This document shows, piece after piece, positions 60,801 through 64,000 of a stretch of 64,000 bases of DNA. The notes below the pieces were generated by a model. The model was not told where the DNA came from. It saw nothing but the letters and a program-made list of their open reading frames with translations, and made no database searches. The stretch comes from Camelus dromedarius. Taxonomy: Eukaryota. The DNA is taken from positions 85,128,001 through 85,192,000 of the forward strand of contig NC_087436.1 in assembly GCF_036321535.1 (NCBI RefSeq). The letters are read 5' to 3'. Within the stretch, counting starts at the first letter, position 1; every line of letters begins with the position of its first letter. The position numbers were made by a program, and so were the translations under genes.

Positions 60801-63800
60801 CATTCAGATGGTGAAAGGTGAAAATGAGTGTGTCTGACTATCAGATGTCTAGACTAATGGCACAGCACAGGTATGCCTACACTGATGAGATGGAACATTG
60901 TATAACTGGGTATGATAGTAAGGCAGTTAGTTCATTTTAGGACACATGGAGTTTGTGATGTGCAGGAACATTCCGACAGCTAGAAATAGAGAACTGTGTC
61001 AGGAGAGACCTCTACATTCAGAATTTGGGTTATGAGCATGTGAGTGAATAGAGAAGTATGCAGAGTGAGAAGTACTCCCCTAGAAGCCTGCATGTATTTA
61101 TTGCCACATTCCTTAGTACTAGAAAATAAAAATGTGTTAAAAACATGTTTAGGAAAAAGTTAGCTAATAATGACTTTAACAGCTAACAATATTTGGGATT
61201 CTTCTACTGACACAGAAAAACATTTCTAAATTTTAATTTTTAATTTACTTGTAGGAAATGTGCACTGTTGAAGAACCTAATGAAGAGTTTACATCTAGAC
61301 ATAGTTTAGAATGGAAGTTTCTATTTCTAGATCACAGGTAACTCCGTTTAAAAATTCTAAAAAAATTATACATTATAATTCTTGAAATTAATGGATTTCA
61401 AGGACAAACTTTTTCTAATCAAGATGTTCAGATTTATTGTCCATTTTTCAAAGTATAAGGGTTCCTCCCAAAGTTGATTCTTGGTTGAGTATTTTTCATT
61501 ATGGAAAAAATCATAATATTGATTGTTTTATGTGTAATTTAGGGCACCACCTATAATAGGATATTTGCCATTTGAAGTTCTGGGAACATCAGGCTACGAT
61601 TACTATCATGTAGATGACCTAGAAAATTTGGCAAAATGTCACGAGCACTGTAAGTAGATTTTAATATTTCTGGTGATAATAACTTTTTAATTGTATAAAT
61701 AACTATCATGTTAATAGAAGGTGGTAAAATACAGACTTATCACCATTTTTGTATTTTTGAAATATCCTGGAGAATTTTACTTTATATATATAACCAATTC
61801 CAGTAGGAATCCTCAATCAAGTTTAAATTTCTTCCTGTTTTACATGTTTCAGTCTATAGTAGTATGTCCATTTTTATAATACTATATCTTTGACACTTTG
61901 TTTTGAGTTATATGAGCTCTAGTCTGGAATAAGAGATGTAGATTCCTTTGAAAACTGTGTATCAAAATATTAGAACAGTATTTCATAAATTTTGATTTTC
62001 AGGCATGTACAGCTGCCCAGGAGATAGGTACACATTTAAAGAATCTCTTTTAGAAAGCTTATAGTGCTTCATTAATGTTACCTGCTGTTACTATATTAGC
62101 GATAAGAATGGTGTCATCTCATTTTGCCCTGTTCTGAACAATTTATGTACATTGTCTAAATTATTCATTGCCACAGTTGTAGAAAGTAGGTAATCATTAT
62201 TATCTCCACAAGTAAACTGAGACACAGTAAGGTTAGCTAATTTACTTACAATCCTATATCTCATTGGTGGCAGAGATAGGACTAGAGTTTAGACCCACCT
62301 CTATACCACATGCTATTCAGAAGTTTGTTTTAATAATAGGTTTTACTTGCTTCTCTGATCCTCCTCCGCAAATCTTTCCCTCTTAGGTGTCCTCTAAAGC
62401 TTAATTACATATTTAATATACATTTATAATGCCTTAGGCTGGTCTCATAAACCTCTCTCTATGAAAATAAATCATATTATATAATATCAACTATATAGAA
62501 CATTTTTAGAGTAAAGTCACTTCACAGAAGAAACATCGTTCACTCCAAGTGATGTGGGCACTAAGCTCCATGGTGTATTAAAAAGATCTGACATTTTTTT
62601 TAAACATTTTTTAATTGAGCTATAGTCATTCTACAATGTTCCGTCAAATTCCATTGTAGAGCACAATTTTTCAGTTATACATGAACATACATACATTCAT
62701 TGTCACATTTTTTTCCACTGTGAGCTACCACAAGATCTTGTATATATTTCCCTGTCCTATACAGTATAATCTTGTTTATCTATTCTACATATGCCTATCA
62801 GTATCTACAAATTTTGAAATCCCAGTCTATTCCTTCCCACTCCCCTCCCCCAGGACCTGACACTTCTATTAACTAGCTGGGCAATTTTGGACTAGTAGTT
62901 TCAAGTATTAGACCTTGGTTTCCTCATTAATGTAAGTGAGAGAATGATTCTTGACCAGCGTTTCCTAAGGTTTGTTCCACTGAATGCCAGTCTATCAGAA
63001 ATGGATTTCATGATCAAGGAAGGCTAAGTAAGAGTTCACAGAATTATATATGTAGATTTAAATGTGAATGATACCTTTGGCTAAAAAACAGATTCATAAC
63101 TAATAATGTGAATCAAAAATATTTTTTTCTTTTCAGTAATGCAGTACGGGAAAGGCAAATCATGTTATTACAGGTTCCTGACCAAAGGACAACAGTGGAT
63201 TTGGCTTCAGACTCACTATTATATCACTTACCATCAGTGGAATTCAAGGCCAGAGTTTATTGTTTGTACTCACACTGTAGTAAGGTAAGAATTCTTTTAC
63301 AGAATTTCTGAATTATAGAAACATCCATAATGATTCTAGAAAGTAATTTTATGTATGACTTGTTAATTTGTTAATTCCCCCTCATTTTTGATACATATTT
63401 TCAATTTATTATTAAATTTACTTGTAAGTATTATATAGAAATATAAGTATATAGAGATTTATAATTCTTCACATAAATTTTATGACTTAGAGCAGTAGTT
63501 GTAACTGTCTTTTATATATTAGTCAGTTATGTAAAAGGAGAACTGGAGGAGATAAAGTATACTTCCTATTTATTTATTCATTTCCCCATAATTTAAGTTC
63601 TGTGTAGTTACAGATCATTTGCAGTAGCACATAAACTTTTGACGTACGTAGGAAAATGGAGAAATTTTAATTAAGATAATATGCTGTAGCTATGTTTTAT
63701 GTTTCTGTGGTACATAGAAAATGGCCTAGAATTCATGATGAACAAGACACATAACAAACACTGAATGGTTGCACCTCTGCAGTATTTTAAATGAATGATC

Positions 63801-63910
63801 AAACACTGAAATTCTTTTTTTCCCCCGTTTATAGTTACGCAGAAGTTAGGGCTGAAAGACGACGAGAACTTGGCATTGAAGAGTCTCTTCCAGAGACAGC
63901 TGCTGATAAA
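36789..63910 (+). CDS. CLOCK: Circadian locomotor output cycles protein kaput (bHLH-PAS), partial spliced CDS aa 1-402: join(36789..36835,38652..38711,41488..41636,44498..44589,48630..48719,55746..55866,59078..59191,59316..59434,61255..61337,61543..61649,63137..63284,63835..63910); continues beyond the window
   Basis: Twelve exons with AG/GT boundaries and compatible phases sum to 1206 nt with no stop. Translation [70 protein letters not shown]...[15 protein letters not shown] matches mammalian CLOCK as I recall it. Confidence 0.99.
37500..37685 (-). mobile_element. MIR
   Basis: ttttacagatgaggaaact...agagaggttaagtaacttg..aaggtcaca core. Confidence 0.8.
38652..38711 (+). CDS. CLOCK: CLOCK coding exon 2: (R)[19 protein letters not shown](R)
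   Basis: ttttag|A ... AAAAG|gtagt; 60 nt. Confidence 0.98.
41488..41636 (+). CDS. CLOCK: CLOCK coding exon 3, bHLH domain: [49 protein letters not shown]
   Basis: catcag|A ... AAAG|gtaaa; 149 nt; lies within ORF 41444..41656. Confidence 0.99.
44498..44589 (+). CDS. CLOCK: CLOCK coding exon 4: (E)[30 protein letters not shown]
   Basis: ttgcag|AA ... GAG|gtatg; 92 nt; branch-point-like CTAAT about 20 nt upstream. Confidence 0.98.
45281..45373 (-). mobile_element. tRNA-derived SINE (Vic-1-like), short form
   Basis: Same head; TSD atgaacagattttt at 45267-45280 and 45374-45387. Confidence 0.9.
48630..48719 (+). CDS. CLOCK: CLOCK coding exon 5, [34 protein letters not shown]
   Basis: tttcag|GCT ... 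CCA|gtaagt; 90 nt, phase 0-0. Confidence 0.98.
49933..50390 (+). mobile_element. L1 3' UTR fragment interrupted by a SINE
   Basis: acaaaacagaaacaaactcacagat...ggttaccag...tgttgtgcacctgaaactaat...A-tail. Confidence 0.85.
50109..50247 (+). mobile_element. tRNA-derived SINE (Vic-1-like), long form, nested in an L1 3' UTR
   Basis: Diverged head; TSD aagaatatatt(a/g)tac at 50094-50108 and 50248-50262. Confidence 0.85.
50595..51586 (-). mobile_element. L1 with a 5' inversion (minus-strand 3' part ~50595-51066; inverted part ~51067-51586)
   Basis: TSD tcagaattaggtgcttt at 50578-50594 and 51587-51603; orientation switches near 51067. Confidence 0.92.
55746..55866 (+). CDS. CLOCK: CLOCK coding exon 6, [44 protein letters not shown]
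   Basis: tttcag|TCT ... AAAT|gtaagt; 121 nt. Confidence 0.98.
57300..58870 (-). mobile_element. L2 remnants
   Basis: Purine-rich degenerate antisense L2 motifs; ends approximate. Confidence 0.45.
59002..59047. repeat. 17-bp tandem repeat, about 2.7 copies
   Basis: tgtgatatatcattcat twice, then tgtgataaatca. Confidence 0.9.
59078..59191 (+). CDS. CLOCK: CLOCK coding exon 7: (S)[37 protein letters not shown]
   Basis: tttcag|CA ... AGTG|gtgagt; 114 nt. Confidence 0.98.
59316..59434 (+). CDS. CLOCK: CLOCK coding exon 8: (V)[39 protein letters not shown]
   Basis: ttttag|TA ... AAG|gtatg; 119 nt. Confidence 0.98.
60085..61080 (-). mobile_element. MIR (~60085-60300) followed by an L2 remnant that hosts the 5S fragment
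   Basis: ggaaactgaggcttaaggaagttaa (MIR); ggtttttaagcaggga and gttcattttaggacacatggagtttg (L2). Confidence 0.65.
60742..60783 (+). pseudogene. 5S rRNA 5' fragment (nt 1-42), tailless retropseudogene
   Basis: 36/42 identity to GTCTACGGCCATACCACCCTGAACGCGCCCGATCTCGTCTGA; direct repeat gaaaggattta at 60731-60741 and 60782-60792. Confidence 0.9.
61255..61337 (+). CDS. CLOCK: CLOCK coding exon 9, [31 protein letters not shown](R)
   Basis: ttgtag|GAA ... CACAG|gtaac; 83 nt. Confidence 0.98.
61543..61649 (+). CDS. CLOCK: CLOCK coding exon 10, [39 protein letters not shown]
   Basis: atttag|G ... CACT|gtaagt; 107 nt. Confidence 0.98.
62597..62853 (-). mobile_element. 5'-truncated L1 3' UTR, next to a MIR-like remnant
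   Basis: T-rich tail, L1 3' UTR motifs, degenerate TSD ga(t/c)ctgaca(t/c)tt at 62585 and 62854. Confidence 0.8.
63137..63284 (+). CDS. CLOCK: CLOCK coding exon 11, PAS-B/PAC: (L)[48 protein letters not shown]
   Basis: tttcag|TA ... GTAAG|gtaaga; 148 nt. Confidence 0.98.
63835..63910 (+). CDS. CLOCK: CLOCK coding exon 12: (S)[25 protein letters not shown]
   Basis: ttatag|T ... AAA|gtatg; 76 nt. Confidence 0.97.
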
Positions 63911-64000
63911 GTATGTATCTTACAGTTTTTTTTTAATTATTTTATTTCTTCACAATGAAAGACAAGACTCAATAATTTATGGGAAAATTATTTTTCAAAT

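Noticed and set aside
63108..63311. ORF-track 67-aa ORF overlapping a CLOCK exon
   Set aside because: An alternative frame of exon 63137-63284 that runs into intron at both ends.
16405..63534. D-box/CRE-like octamers (TTATGTAA near 16405 and 63527; TGACGTAA at 37782)
   Set aside because: Isolated short matches expected by chance in AT-rich DNA.
1..64000. CRISPR arrays, operons, intact tRNA/rRNA genes or a hidden nested protein-coding gene
   Set aside because: None seen. The tRNA-like segments are SINE heads, the 5S match is a 42-nt fragment, and the non-CLOCK ORFs are short and repeat-derived or lack support.

Overview
This is mammalian genomic DNA: AT-rich, CpG-poor and dense in repeats. 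Its tRNA-derived SINEs point to a camelid. The window holds the middle of the circadian gene CLOCK on the + strand. I find two fully non-coding 5'-UTR exons (7333-7486, 27369-27460), the start-codon exon (36746-36835, ATG at 36789) and 11 further coding exons up to 63910. The coding exons splice at GT-AG junctions into an uninterrupted 1206-nt frame (aa 1-402: bHLH, PAS-A, PAS-B/PAC). The first exon, the promoter and the 3' half of the gene lie outside the window. The rest is intron filled with L1, L2, MIR, HAL1, MaLR LTRs, hAT DNA transposons and SINEs. Nearly all entries in the ORF track are spurious or L1 remnants. I found no new gene or multi-gene system. The best leads are: an array of four nuclear-receptor half-sites in DR2 spacing (Rev-DR2/RORE-like) at 18803-18836; five upstream ATGs, including a uORF overlapping the CLOCK start; a tailless 5S rRNA retrocopy; an unidentified 110-nt insert flanked by a target-site duplication (TSD); a twin-primed inverted L1; and a ~60-bp dispersed duplication. 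Repeat family names and human comparisons come from recalled consensus sequences, not from database searches.
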